64,000 nucleotides of DNA, from contig NC_057720.1 in the NCBI RefSeq assembly GCF_004010195.1, positions 9,341,164 to 9,405,163 on the forward strand, given 5' to 3'. The notes below the pieces were generated by a model that did no database searches, was not told where the DNA came from, and saw only the letters and a list, made by a program, of their open reading frames with translations. A program made the translations under genes and the position numbers. Source of the DNA: Chiloscyllium plagiosum. Its lineage: Eukaryota. Positions within the stretch are counted from its first letter, which is position 1; each line of letters opens with the position of its first letter. Positions 24,151 through 35,572 of this stretch are shown piece by piece.

Positions 24151-25867
24151 ACATAAACAGGAGATCCAGAGAGTCTCCTCAGTTTAGGGCCTGGCTCTGA
24201 GCTGGCTGGTCAAAGCCCATGTACTGTGCACAGGCAAGAAATGGTGACAAATTCCTGGCCCCTGTGCAGTTATTTCACAAACATCCTTAATTAAGACTGT
24301 AAAAACATTAACTTTAAACTTTAGAAAGCTTAAACATCGCAAAACTCAAGGCAAGACATGTCCTCATCTTAAACATTTTCTCAAATGCAATACAAATTTT
24401 AAAAATAAACAGGCAATTCAGTGAGTCTCCTCACTTTGGGAACAGACTCTGAACTGGCTGGCCACAGCCAGTATACTGTGCACATGTAAATAAAGGATGT
24501 CTTGGTTAGGGGATACCAGCCTCTGTGCAGTTATTTCACTGGCATATTTTGAAACTTTTGCCATCTCTGCGTTTTGGAACAATCTTTGACAGTCAGCACC
24601 AACAAAACTTAAAGAGCCATCTGACCAATTAAATGTCCTCTACAGGTGAGTAATTGACACTCACAGGGAGCAATGCTCAGCAACTTGCAGTTCTGTGAGG
24701 CTTAATTCTCCATCAATTTATTTGAACAGATGTAAATCCAAGGCATTTGACCCATGATTTTCTAAACATTGCTCTTTCTGAGCATCAAACCTACTCAGAG
24801 TGTCTCATCAGGGAAATCAGACCCTTGTCTGTAGCAATTGCACATGTGATGAAGCAATGTTCCTTGCTTTAAAGCATCAACTTTTCCACTAAAAATTAAC
24901 AAAGAGGCAAAAAAAATTGGCACTCTCAGCAATTGTCATTATTGAAAGTTTAAATGGATCATTTCCAACAATTCAAGCAGTTCAGTCCATATTGTTATAT
25001 AAACCTTAACTTCAGATGGAGAAACATTGGTGTAAAATTACCTTGCAAGAATGCATAAAATACCAAAGTAATAACTTAATAGTTGTAATGAAAATACCAT
25101 CTTTATTAGCAGCCAGCAAGTTTGGAATGACTGCATCGCCTGTATTTTATTTAGCATTTCCAGAAATAAACCAGGAAAAGTGCCCAGACTACTGAACCAA
25201 TGTGTAGTTTTATGGGTTTCATCTCTTCCAGACTCGTTAAGGCAGGAAAGTTTCAGGAATGTCTACCTTATAACACCTTATAAGCTCACCTGAAAGTCTT
25301 GGTGATGGTATATTCAGAGTAAGCTCAATGCTGTCTCTCTCTGATGTGTATACCCACATGTGCTCACATATATGTAAAGACAAAGGTTGTACAAGCACAC
25401 ACAAATATACTCGCAGGTATACACATAGGACAGGGATTTTTCGGATGACAGTACGGCAGCCACCTAACATTCCAAGGGCTGGTGATAGATTGAAGGGAGG
25501 ATTTCCAAACCTTGTTCATTTTGGAAGACCTGACTGAAAGAGCCAACACCAAGCAGGTGTCGTCCAACTGGAAGCACTGAGATTACAAACAATGTGCACG
25601 TTTTAAATCCCAGGTTCCAGGACAGTGTGGTGAGGGGAGGAAGAGGAGGGGTTATTTATGCTGAGGAGGGCAGGGGGTTATCTGTGGTGTGGTGGAGTGG
25701 CTACCTAATGGCCTCAGTTGGGATGAAGGCATACCACCTTAGGCATCACCCGTCCCTCACATGTGACTAGGTACAGGTCAGGGATGAGGGGGAGGTTGCA
25801 GGGAAAGCCAACCAGTAAATTAATACATGGTCCTTCTCTCATCAGAGAGACCATAAAATGCTGTTCA

Positions 25868-26050
25868 TACACACACACACACACACAGATAGACCCACAT
25901 ACAAAAATACAAACACAGAGATGTAGATGTATGTTCAAAGATGTGCACACAAATACACTCAAAAACATACAAACTATAGAGATACATACAGGCACATAGA
26001 TACAAAGACCCAAACTCACACACACTGTCTCTCTCACTCACACACACACA
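25868..26050. repeat. Degenerate CA-rich simple repeat
   Basis: Direct inspection. Confidence 0.8.
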
Positions 26051-26475
26051 CTTTCAGGGAGGAATCATTGAACAACAAGCCAGAATTTAAACCCTGGAGG
26101 ATTTGTATGGCCGCCTCCATTCCTGATGATGGACTTAATCCCGAAACATCGATTTTCCTGCTCCTCAGATGCTGCCTGACCTGCTGTGCTTTTCCAGCAC
26201 CACTCTAATCTAACATCCAAATATGGCAGATCCTTTGGCTATTTGGTTCAATCAGCAGAGAATTCAAACCTAACTTTTTAATGTATCGGCCGTGGCTCAG
26301 TTTGTACTGTCAGTTCTGAGTCACAAGGTTTAAGTCCCACTCCAGGATTTGAACATAGAAATGAATTTTGACATTTCAACGCAGTATATCATGTGTAAGA
26401 AGGTAGGAGCAGGCTATTCGGCCCTTCAAGGCTTGTTCCACTATTCATTATGGTTATGGCCAATCATCCAACAAA

Positions 26476-26660
26476 GAGGAGAAAGTGAGGTCTGCAGATG
26501 CTAGAGATCAGAGCTGAAAATGTGTTGCTGGAAAAGCACAGCAGGTCAGGCAGCATCCAAGAAACAGGAGAATCGACGTTTCGGACATGTGCCCTTCTTC
26601 AGGAAATCCGAAACGTCGATTCTCCTGCTCCTTGGATGCTGCCTGACCTGCTACGCTTTT
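26476..26660. mobile_element. Palindromic PLE-terminus element with 12-bp TSD
   Basis: TCATCCAACAAA at 26464-26475 and 26661-26672, with an internal inversion near 26607. Confidence 0.85.
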
Positions 26661-27029
26661 TCATCCAACAAATAAGCCTGTTCCCATTTTCTCCCCACAC
26701 CCTTTGGTTCCTTTAGCCCGAAGAACTATAGCTCCTTCTTAAAATAACATTAGTCCAGAATTGGGTTTGGCAAGTGGCCAAAAATAGACTGAACCAAAAT
26801 TTTGTCTTCTTTAATGGGACATGGGCAAGGAAAGCATTTCCCTAAATGCCTGGTGAACTGAGTGGTTTGCTTTTTAGAGGGTAGAGGGTACAACACTACC
26901 TGAGACAGAGACACAAATGTACAGAAAATGCGCCTCCGTACCAAATGGGGTTAGAATAGTTAGGTGGTTAGTTTTGATCAGCGTGGACATGATGGGCCAA
27001 AGGATTCTCTTCAATGCTGCAAAATTCAG

Positions 27030-27345
27030 GTCAGAAGTGCTGTCTCTCAAATGAGACGCTGAACCAAATCCCAGTCTTGCCTCTCAAATAAAAATATAAA
27101 ATCCGTTAACAATATTGGCAGATAGAGCTGGGGAGTTCTCTCCAGTCTCCTGGCCAATATTTAACCCTTATCATAAAATGAAGGAGATTATCTCTTATTG
27201 TGGCATTTCCGTTTGTAGGAAGCTTCAGCAAATTGTCATCACATTTCCTACCCACTGCAACAATGGCCACATCTCCAGGTACTCCAGTGGCTGGAGAGCA
27301 TCATTTGAGGTTTTGTGACAGGCACTACACAAATCCAAAGCCTGC
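27030..27345 (+). mobile_element. DeuSINE remnant (head probably at 26285-26390)
   Basis: GGGGAGTTCTCTCCAGTCTCCTGGCCAATATTTAACCC and AGATTATCT blocks, typical of the Deu domain. Confidence 0.55.
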
Positions 27346-28599
27346 ATTTTTAATCCCCATTAAGCTCTGCTGCGCATTCAGTGAATCATCAGATAAGTTT
27401 AAAATAAATGGGCCTCGAATTAATTTGACTTTGACTGATGTTGGAATCTTTAGAATTTTGGACAGTGCTATTTAGTCAGATTTATGTGGAGCTGATTGTT
27501 TCTATTCAGTATACCAACTTAAGTAACTAAATGACTCCTCAAGGATTAAATCAGTGTGCCATAAATTATTACATGTGCAAGTACAAAGGATTATATTCTA
27601 CTTAATCAGTTATTGTGAGAAATTAAGAAGAAGTCAAGACCTCTGATACAGAGCAACAATCAAAGTACTAAAGATTTAAAAGTGATGTGGGAAATAAAGA
27701 AATGGAGACCAGGAAATGTAAATTCTGATTATTAATGCCTCGAAGTTGCAGGAGACAAGGATGACTAATGGGGTTAAGGAATTCCATGTTTGGAAATTCC
27801 GAGGGAAGAACGTGATAACAGCATTTCCACAGAACGAAGATGCACATTAGCAAAGGAAAAATCTCACAGTGTACACACAGTGTTTAGAAGTTAAAGGAGA
27901 AACAGGGCTGATAGAAGTAATACTCATCTGGAGATATTAGAGGCTGTGATGGAGTGAAATGTTGAAATGGATGTTCAGACAGCAAGAGAGGAATTCCAAA
28001 TACCTTACCTAACCGGAACGGAACTGAACACTTTGCAAATTGAAAGCTCTGCCTGAACATCCCATTTTCATTCTAATCTCCACTGGCCCTCATTTGAACT
28101 GCTGACGGATGAGTGGAAATCTGAATGCTTTCACAATGCTATCTGGGAAGGCGATGTGTTCTGGGGTTCCGAGTTCGAATCCTGCCATGGCTGATGGTGG
28201 AATTTGAATTCAATAAAAAGAAAGCCTGGAATTAAGCGTCCAATGATGAACATGAATCCATCGTCAGAAAAACCTATCTGGTTCACTAATGCTTTCTGGG
28301 GAATCTTGCAATCCTTACTTAGTCTGGCCTACATGGGACTCCAGACCCACAACAATGTGGTTGGTTCTCAGTTGCTGTCTGAGCAGTTAGGGCTGGGCAA
28401 TAAATGCTGGCCCACACAGCGATGCCCTCATCCTGTAAATGAATTTTAACAAGTGCAAATTGGATTCCATGTTGCTGGTGGAACTCGAACTGTATGTTAA
28501 CACAGACCCAAGTAGAGGAAACAGGTCAACAGCTGTCATGAAGATAAATAACCCCCCTCCTATTTATTTCTCAGCCCGCTTCCCACACACCTCTCCACC

Positions 28600-28925
28600 A
28601 CACTGCTGATGAAGAGCTTATGTCCGAAATGTAGATGCTGCCTGACCTGCTGTGCTTTTCCAGCATCACACTTTTCGACTCTGACTTTCCAGCATCTGCA
28701 GTCCTCACTTTCTCCATGAAGATAAATAGACCAAGGCTTGACCTTGGCAAAAGTGAGGACTGCAGATGCTGGAAACCAGAGTTTAGATTAAAGTGCTGCT
28801 GGAAAAGCACAGCAGGTCAGGCAGCATCCGAGGAGCAGAAAAGTCAACATTTCGGGCAAAAGCCTTTCATCAGGATGAAGGTCTTTTGCCCAAAACATCG
28901 ATTTTCCTGCTCCTCAGATGCTGCC
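28600..28925. mobile_element. Two adjacent PLE-terminus elements
   Basis: First (+): CTGATGAAGAGCTTATGTCCGAAAT plus tail. Second: palindromic, flanked by CCAAGGCTT(G/A)ACCTTG. Confidence 0.8.
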
Positions 28926-29199
28926 CAAGGCTTAACCTTGCCTTGCCACATTGCCGCACATCTGGATCTGGTTGGCTTGCTAACCTGATCCTGCCTGTCT
29001 CTATGCTGCTGCCATTCATCTGTTTCTGAAGGACAATTGATTGGCAGGATTCATGGATTTATATTGACAAAAGGCCATCGTACTTCCTCTGTTATTGGAA
29101 AGTAATGAAGATCAAGTACGATGGAAAGAAAGAAACTAAGAACTGCGGAAATCTGAAAGGATAATACTGGACAAACTCAACAGGCCAAACAGCATCTTC

Positions 29200-29455
29200 A
29201 TAGAATCCCTACAGTGTTGAAGCATAACATTTGGCCCATTAAATCCAGACAAACCTTCCAAAGAGCACCCTGCCCACCTACCCCCTTCATTTCCCATGGT
29301 AAATCCGCCTAAACTGCCGTTGTCAGACTGTGGGAGGAAACCCATGCAGAGACAGGGAGAATGTGCAAACTCCACCAACACAGTCACCTGAGGCTAGAAT
29401 CGAACACAGATCCGCGGCACTGTGAGGCAGCAGTGCTAGGCACTGACCCACCGTG
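29200..29455 (-). mobile_element. HE1-type V-SINE within an older PLE-type palindrome
   Basis: Reverse-complement head at ~29420-29455. Flanks at 29135-29195 and 29465-29545 resemble opposite arms of a PLE terminus. Confidence 0.75.
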
Positions 29456-29694
29456 CATTTGGCAGACATACTGAACTCGAAATGTCAACTCTGTTTTTCT
29501 CTCTCTCTACAGAGGTTGCTGCACCTGTTGAGCTTCTCCAGTACGTGATTAAGTAACATGGATTGTGTTGATTCGAAAATCTCAACCAGGTTTATTTGAC
29601 CGTGCAGATTACATCTTGTAGGTACAGTTAAGTTTGTGCTCAATTTCCATCTGGCATGCTTTTGCTGGACAGCACATTGCAGTTGATCATATAG

Positions 29695-31390
29695 AGTCAT
29701 AGAGTCATAAAGATGTACAGCCAGGAAACGGACCCTTCGGTCCAACCCGTCCATACCGACCAGATATCCCAACCCAATCTAGTCCCACCTGCCAGCACCC
29801 GGCCCATATCCCTCCAAACCCTTCCTATTCATATACCCATCCAGATGCCTTTTAAATGTTGCAATTGTACAAGCCTCCGCCACTTCCTCTGGTAGCTCAT
29901 TCCAAACACGTGCCACTCTCTGTGTGAAAAAGTTGCCCCTTAGGTCTCTTTTATATCTTTCTCCTCTCACCCTAAACCTATGCCCTCTAGTTCTGGACTC
30001 CCCCACCCCAGGGAAAAGACTTTGCCTATTTATCCTATCTATGCCCCTCATAATTTTGTATATCTCTATAAGGTCACCCCTCAGTCTCCGATGCTCAAGG
30101 GAAAACAGCCCCAACCTGTTCAGCCTCACTTTACCATTAAGTGTATAAGTCCTGCTAAGATTTGCTTTCCCAAAATGCAACACTTCACATTTATCTGAAT
30201 TAAACTCCATCTACCATTTCTCAGCCCATTGGCCCATCTGAACAAGATCCTGTTGTAATCTGAGGTAACCTTCTTCGCTGTCCACTACACCTCCAATTTT
30301 GGTGTCATCTGCAAACTTACTAACCATACCTCTTATGCTCACTTCCAAATCATTTATGTAAATGACAAAAAGTAGAGGACCCAGCACCGATCCTTGTGGC
30401 ACTCCAATGGTCACAGGTCTCCAGTCTGAAAAACTGGATGAAGGGTTTTTGCCCGAAACGTTGAGTTTCCTGCTCCTCGGATGCTGCCTGAACTGCTGTG
30501 CTTTTGCAGCACCACTCTAATCTAGAATTTGGTTTCCAGCATCTGCAGCCCTTATTTTTACCCAGTCTGAAAAACAACACTCCACCACCACTATCTGTCT
30601 TCTACCTTTGAGCCAGATCTGTATCCACATTGTTAGTTCTCCCTGTATTCCATGATATCTAACCTTCCTAACCAGTCTCCCATGGGAACCTTATCGAAAG
30701 CCTTACTGAAGTCCACATAGATCACATCTACTGCTCTGCCCTCATCAATCCTCTTTGTTACTTCTTCAAAAAACTCAATCAAGTTTGAGAGACATGATCT
30801 CCCACACACAAAGCCATGTTGACCATCCCTAACCAGTCCTTGCCTTTCCAAATACATTTACATCCTGTCTCTCAGGATTCCCTCCAAAGACTTGCCCACA
30901 ACCGATGTCAGGCTCACCGGTCTATAGTTCCCTTGCTTGTCTTTACTGCCCTTCTTAAACAGTGGCACCACGTTTGCCAACCTCCAGTCTTCTAGCACCT
31001 GACCTGTGACTATTGATGACACAAATATCTCAGCAAGAGGCCCAGCAATCACTTCTCTAGCTTCCCACAGAGTTCTAGGGTACACTTGATCGGGTCCTGG
31101 GGATTTATCCACCTTTATGTGTTTCAAGACTTCCAACACTTCCTCCTCTGTAATATGGACATTTTGCAAGATGTCACCATCTATTTTCCTACAGTCTATA
31201 TCTTCCATATCCTTTTCCACAGTAAACACTGACACAAAATACTCATTTAGTATCTCCCCCATCTCCTGCCGCTCCACACAAAGTCTGCCTTGTTGATCTT
31301 TGAGGGGCCCTATTCTCTCCCTAGTTACCCTTTTGTCCTTAATGTATTTGTAAAAACTCTTTGGATTCTCCTTAATTCTATTTGCCCATA
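29695..31390 (-). mobile_element. CR1 (HER1-like) LINE ORF2 RT region, 5'-truncated, inactivated
   Basis: NYRPVSLTSVVGK, DFSKAFDKVP, GVPQGSVLGPLLF, KFADDTK and VWNELPEEV motifs. In-frame stops at 30211 and 30858, an internal deletion near 30128, and a (CTATGACT)n tail. Confidence 0.95.
30435..30561 (+). mobile_element. PLE terminus inserted in the CR1 RT with 14-bp TSD
   Basis: CCAGTCTGAAAAAC at 30421-30434 and 30562-30575. Confidence 0.9.
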
Positions 31391-31394
31391 ATTT

Positions 31395-31790
31395 CATCTT
31401 GAGAAAGAATGCTTCATCCTCCACCTTGGCAGCCTCCAACCACGGGGGGGTCAATATTGATTTCACCAGTTTCCTCATTTCCCCTCCCCCCCAGATCCAA
31501 CCTTCTAACTCAGCACTGTCCCACCTGCCCATCTTACTTCCCATCTATCTGCTCCACCCTTCACTCCAACATATCACCATCACCCCACACCTATCGCATT
31601 CCCAGCTATCTTCCCCTCAGCCTCACCCCTCTCCTATTTATCCCTCAGCCCCCTTGGGCCACCCCCATATTCCTGATGAAGAGCGTATGCTCGAAACCTC
31701 GACTCTCCTGCTCCTCAGATGCTGCCTGACTTGCAGCACCACGCTTTTTGACTCTGATCTCCAGCATCTGCAGTCCCCACTCTCTCCTAA
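31395..31790 (+). mobile_element. Penelope-like element 3' fragment (GIY-YIG C-terminus, pyrimidine tract, hammerhead)
   Basis: DNA matches the reverse complement of 33470-33560. CTGATGA-A-GAGC-GTAT-GCTC-GAAAC-CTC at 31673-31700. Confidence 0.85.
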
Positions 31791-32296
31791 TTTCATCCGA
31801 GCCTCTGGCTCATTGATATATCCAGTTCTTACAGCAACACAGCCCCAGGATCACTAACACTGTGAAGGTATGAAGAGATTTGGAGAAAAGTGACTTTATA
31901 GACACACAGAATGGAGAAACAAGTTCAAATGACCAAATCTCCTGGCTCGTGGATGAGAAAAAAATTTAAAATACCAAAGCTTGTACTCTGAACTCAACAC
32001 TATCCAGAACCTGGATAGTGCCAAAGGGGGAATCAACACTTCCAAATGTTTATTTACATCCTTCCCAACATCATTTCCAACTCATTGGCAATGCGCTTAT
32101 CCTTCTGAGACAGGGATTTGAGGCTCCAGTATCATGGCAGTACTCAAGGCCATGACCCAGGTTGACATTGTATCACTGAAAACAACAAATGCTGGAGATC
32201 ACAGTGTGTCAGCGAGCATCCATGGTGAGAGAGCAAGCTAACATTTCAAGTCTAGATGACTCTAGTAAGTTATGGAAGGAAAGGTTGCATTTATTA

Positions 32297-32642
32297 GGAG
32301 GTGATAGCCTAGTGCTATTATCTCTAGTCGGGTAACCCAGGTAATGCTCTGGGGACTCAAGTTCAAATCCCAGCATGGCAGATGATGGAATTTGAATGCA
32401 ATTTCTTAAAAAAAAGTCTGGAATGCTAATGATAACCATGAACTGCTTGTCAATTGACTGAAAAGCCCTTCTGGTTTCCTCATGTTCTCCAAGAAAGGAA
32501 ACTGCCATCATTACCTGGTCTGTCCTACATGTGACTCCAGACCCAGAGCAATGTGGTTGACTCTCAACTACCCTCTGGGCAATTAGGGATGGACAATAAA
32601 TGCTGGCCTGGCCAGCAACACCCACATCCCAGGAATGAATAA
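32297..32642 (+). mobile_element. tRNA-derived SINE, family B, near full length
   Basis: TAGCCTAGTGCTA A box, GTTCAAATCCC B box, and tail GGGCAATTAGGGATGGACAATAAATGCTGGCC..GAATGAAT. Confidence 0.8.
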
Positions 32643-33117
32643 GACAACAAGAGTCAAAGGTGCAGCTCTTCAGATGGAAGAATGATTGAACGCATGCGAC
32701 GTAAGGTAAAGTCACCACAGTCCCAATCTCTCACTGGAGAGAGAGGGAGGACTGGTAAAGAGTTTAACTCGAGTGCCATCGTACCTCAGGTAAGAGAGGT
32801 AGTCATGAGTATGGGTATTTCATTGTGACCTCAGCCAGAGCAGGAATTAAACTCATGGTCTTGGTGTCACTCTGTATCACTCTGAACTAACCAACTCCCT
32901 CGATTGGTCGATACGCACACTAACCAAGAACATGACATGGAAACAGACCAACTGCTCATGTATCTTGCTGACTAACACGGATTCTAGACCCTCCCACTCT
33001 TTCTGACAGGGTCTGAGCATTTCCCATACTAATTTATTGTCAATGAGTGAAGAAACTAATTTACAAATGATAACATAAAATGAACAGCACCTTGGACAGG
33101 CACCATGTAAAATGCAG

Positions 33118-33727
33118 AGGTAAAAACAATGACTGCAGATGCTGGAAACCAGATTCTGGATCAGTGGTGCTGGAAGAGCACAGCAATTCAGGCAGCATCC
33201 AAGGAGCAGCAAAATCGACGTTTCGGGCAAAAGCCCTTCATCAGGAATTAAGGCAGAGAGCCTGAAGCGTGGAGAGATAAGCTCGGGGAGGGTGGGGTTG
33301 GGGAGAAAGTAGCATAGAGTACAATGGGTGAAGGGGGAGGAGATGAAGGTGATAGGTCAGGGAGGAGAGGGTGGAGTGGATAGGTGGAAAAGGAGCTGGG
33401 CAGGTCGGACAAGTCCGGACAGGTCAGGGGATCGAGTTGCTGGAGGTTAGAAGCTAGGATGAGGTGGGGGAAGGGGAAATGAGGAAACTGTTGAAATCCA
33501 CATTGATGCCCTGGGGTTGAAGTGTTCCGAGGCGGAAGATAAGGCGTTCTTCCTCCAGGCGTCTGGTAGTGAGGGAGCGGCGGTGGAGGAGGCCCAGCAC
33601 CTCCATACCCTCAGCAGAGTGGGAGGGGGAGTTGAAATGTTGAGCCACGGGGCGATTTGGTTGATTGGTGCGGGTGTCCCGGAGATGTCCCCTAAAGCGC
33701 TCTGCTAGGAGGCGCCCAGTCTCCATC
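33118..33727 (-). mobile_element. Penelope-like retroelement 3' part (GIY-YIG endonuclease C-terminal half and terminal repeat)
   Basis: ETGRLLAERFRGHLRD..PVAQHFN..RRLEEERLIFRLGTLQPQGINVDF matches the PLE GIY-YIG pattern (GET.R.L..R..EH..HF..E..I..L....GLN). Confidence 0.92.
33213..33249 (-). ncRNA. Minimal type I hammerhead ribozyme motif (PLE-type), intact core
   Basis: Reverse complement AATTC-CTGATGA-A-GGGC-TTTT-GCCC-GAAAC-GTC-GATT. Helix III is reduced to a CG palindrome. Confidence 0.8.
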
Positions 33728-34660
33728 CCTAGTTTCCCTTGAGGTGGTGGTGAGCTGCTTTCTTGAACCACACTGAAGGACTGATAATATATTTCCAAGT
33801 CAGAATGGTGAGTGGCTTGGAGGAGACCTTGCAGGTGGTAGTGGTCCCATGTATCTGCTGCCCTTGTCCTTTCAGGTGGAGGACCTTTAGTGGATTTCTG
33901 CAGTGCATCTTGTAGATGGTGCACACAGCTGTTACTGAGCTTTGGTGGTAGAGTGGACACTTATGGATCTAGTGCCAGTTATGTGGGCTGTTTGTCCTGC
34001 ATGATATCAAGCTTCCACAGTCTTGTTGAAGCTGCACTAATCCAGGCAAGTAGGGAATTTTCCATCACACTCTTTACTTATGCCTTTTGGGTGGTGGACA
34101 GACTTTGGGGACTCAAGAGAGTTATTTGCTGTAAAATTCCTAACCTCTGACCTGCTCTTGTTGTCACAGTATTGATATGAAGCATTTAGTTCAGGTTTGG
34201 TCAATAGCAAACACCAGTATTGGTGATACCATTGAATGTCAAGAGGTTGTTTATATTCTCTTTTCTTGGAAATTGCCATTGCTTAGCAAGTGAGGCATGT
34301 ATGTTACCCACCACTGTGAGCCCAAGCCTGGATATTGTCCAGATCTTGCTGCATTTGCGTACAGACTGCTTCAGAAAGAGGAGTCGTGAATAGTGCTGAA
34401 TATCGCATGGTGAACATCTCCACTTCTGACTTTATGATGGAAAGATGGTGATAAAACAGTTGAAAACCATTGAGCCAAGGACACTCCTCTAAGAACCTCC
34501 TGCACAAAAGTCCTTGAGCTGAGAGACTGACCTTTGCCAATCACAATCATCTTCCTATGTGCCAAGTATGACTCAACCAGTGGAAGGTTTTTCATGTTAT
34601 TCCCATTGACTCCAGTTTTGCTAGAACTCCATGAAACTGTACTGAGTCAAAAGTGGCCTT
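33728..34660 (-). mobile_element. Degenerate LINE family B, RT to 3' end
   Basis: Peptides ESYLAHRKMIV, MQQDLDNIQAWA, CTIYKMHC and FKKAAHHHLKGN in shifting frames. Confidence 0.8.
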
Positions 34661-34852
34661 GATGATCTATTTTAGTGTATCAGGAATCTTCAACAGTACT
34701 TTCTTTGTGTGAATTACAAGTAAGTGTTGTAGTACAAGTTCATTCTTCTGGTATTCCAATGCTTTTCTTTCCTTCAAGATCTTGACACTATCCTCAAAGG
34801 CATACAAACAACATTGTCACACTTTTCACAGATTGAACATGAAAAACCTTCA

Positions 34853-35170
34853 TGGTGGCTCAGTGGTTAGCACAATTATCTCACACCTCCAGGGACCCAA
34901 GTTCAATTCCACCCTCAGGTAACTGTCAGTGTGGAGCTTGTACATTTTCCCAGTGTCTGTGTAGGTTTCCTCCCACAGTCCAAAAATGTGCAGGTTAGGT
35001 TGATTGGCCATGGGAAATTGCCAATAGTGTCCAGGGGGATGTATAAGTTAGATGGATTTGCTATGGGAAAGGCAAGGTTACATTATAGGGTAAGGGGTGG
35101 GATGCTCTTCAGAGAGTTAGTGTGGACTTGTTGAGCCCAATAGCCTGTTCCCCACTCTAGGGATTCCATT
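34853..35170 (+). mobile_element. HE1-type V-SINE (diverged)
   Basis: GGTGGCTCAGTGGTTAGCAC head and V core. Confidence 0.85.
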
Positions 35171-35384
35171 CTAACCCCAGTCTGGAGGGCGGGTGGAAAC
35201 AGAAAAGCAAGTGGACTGATAATCATGTTTGTTTGGAGTTTTGCCCTAAAATAAAACAAAGAACTATGGATGCTAATATTCTGAAACAACACAGAAATTG
35301 CTGGACAAACTCAGCAGGTCTGGCCGCATCTGTGGAGAGACATTAAAGCCAAAAAGGTAACTCTGCTTTTTTCTCTCCACAGAT

Positions 35385-35572
35385 GCGATCCCGCACCTCC
35401 GCCCTCAGACCACACCCCTCCAACTGTAACAAGGACAGAACGCCCCTGGTGCTCACCTTCCACCCTACCAACCTTCGCATAAACCAAATCATCCGCCGAC
35501 ATTTCTGCCATCTCCAAATGGACCCCACCACCAGGGATATATTTCCCTCCCCACCCCTTTCCGCCTTCCGCT
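35385..35572 (+). mobile_element. Penelope-like ORF fragment (RT-to-endonuclease linker)
   Basis: KDRTPLVLTFHPTNLRINQIIRRHFCHLQMDPTTRDIFPSPPLSAFR fits the PLV.TYHP..I...I..HW..LQ.D....IF..PP..AFR pattern of PLE ORFs. Confidence 0.85.

Larger units (their letters stand above)
22225..24277 (+). mobile_element. LTR-like element split at its TATA box by the poly(A) array and a PLE palindrome
   Basis: GGCCAAT..GATATAAACAGGAG promoter-like 5' half. 3' half at 24153-24277 ends TTATTTCA. A second 3' half at 24405-24538 has AATAAA and the same end. The 5' boundary is uncertain. Confidence 0.65.

Noticed and set aside
32209..32718. 169-aa ORF
   Set aside because: Antisense read-through of a SINE and a PLE terminus.
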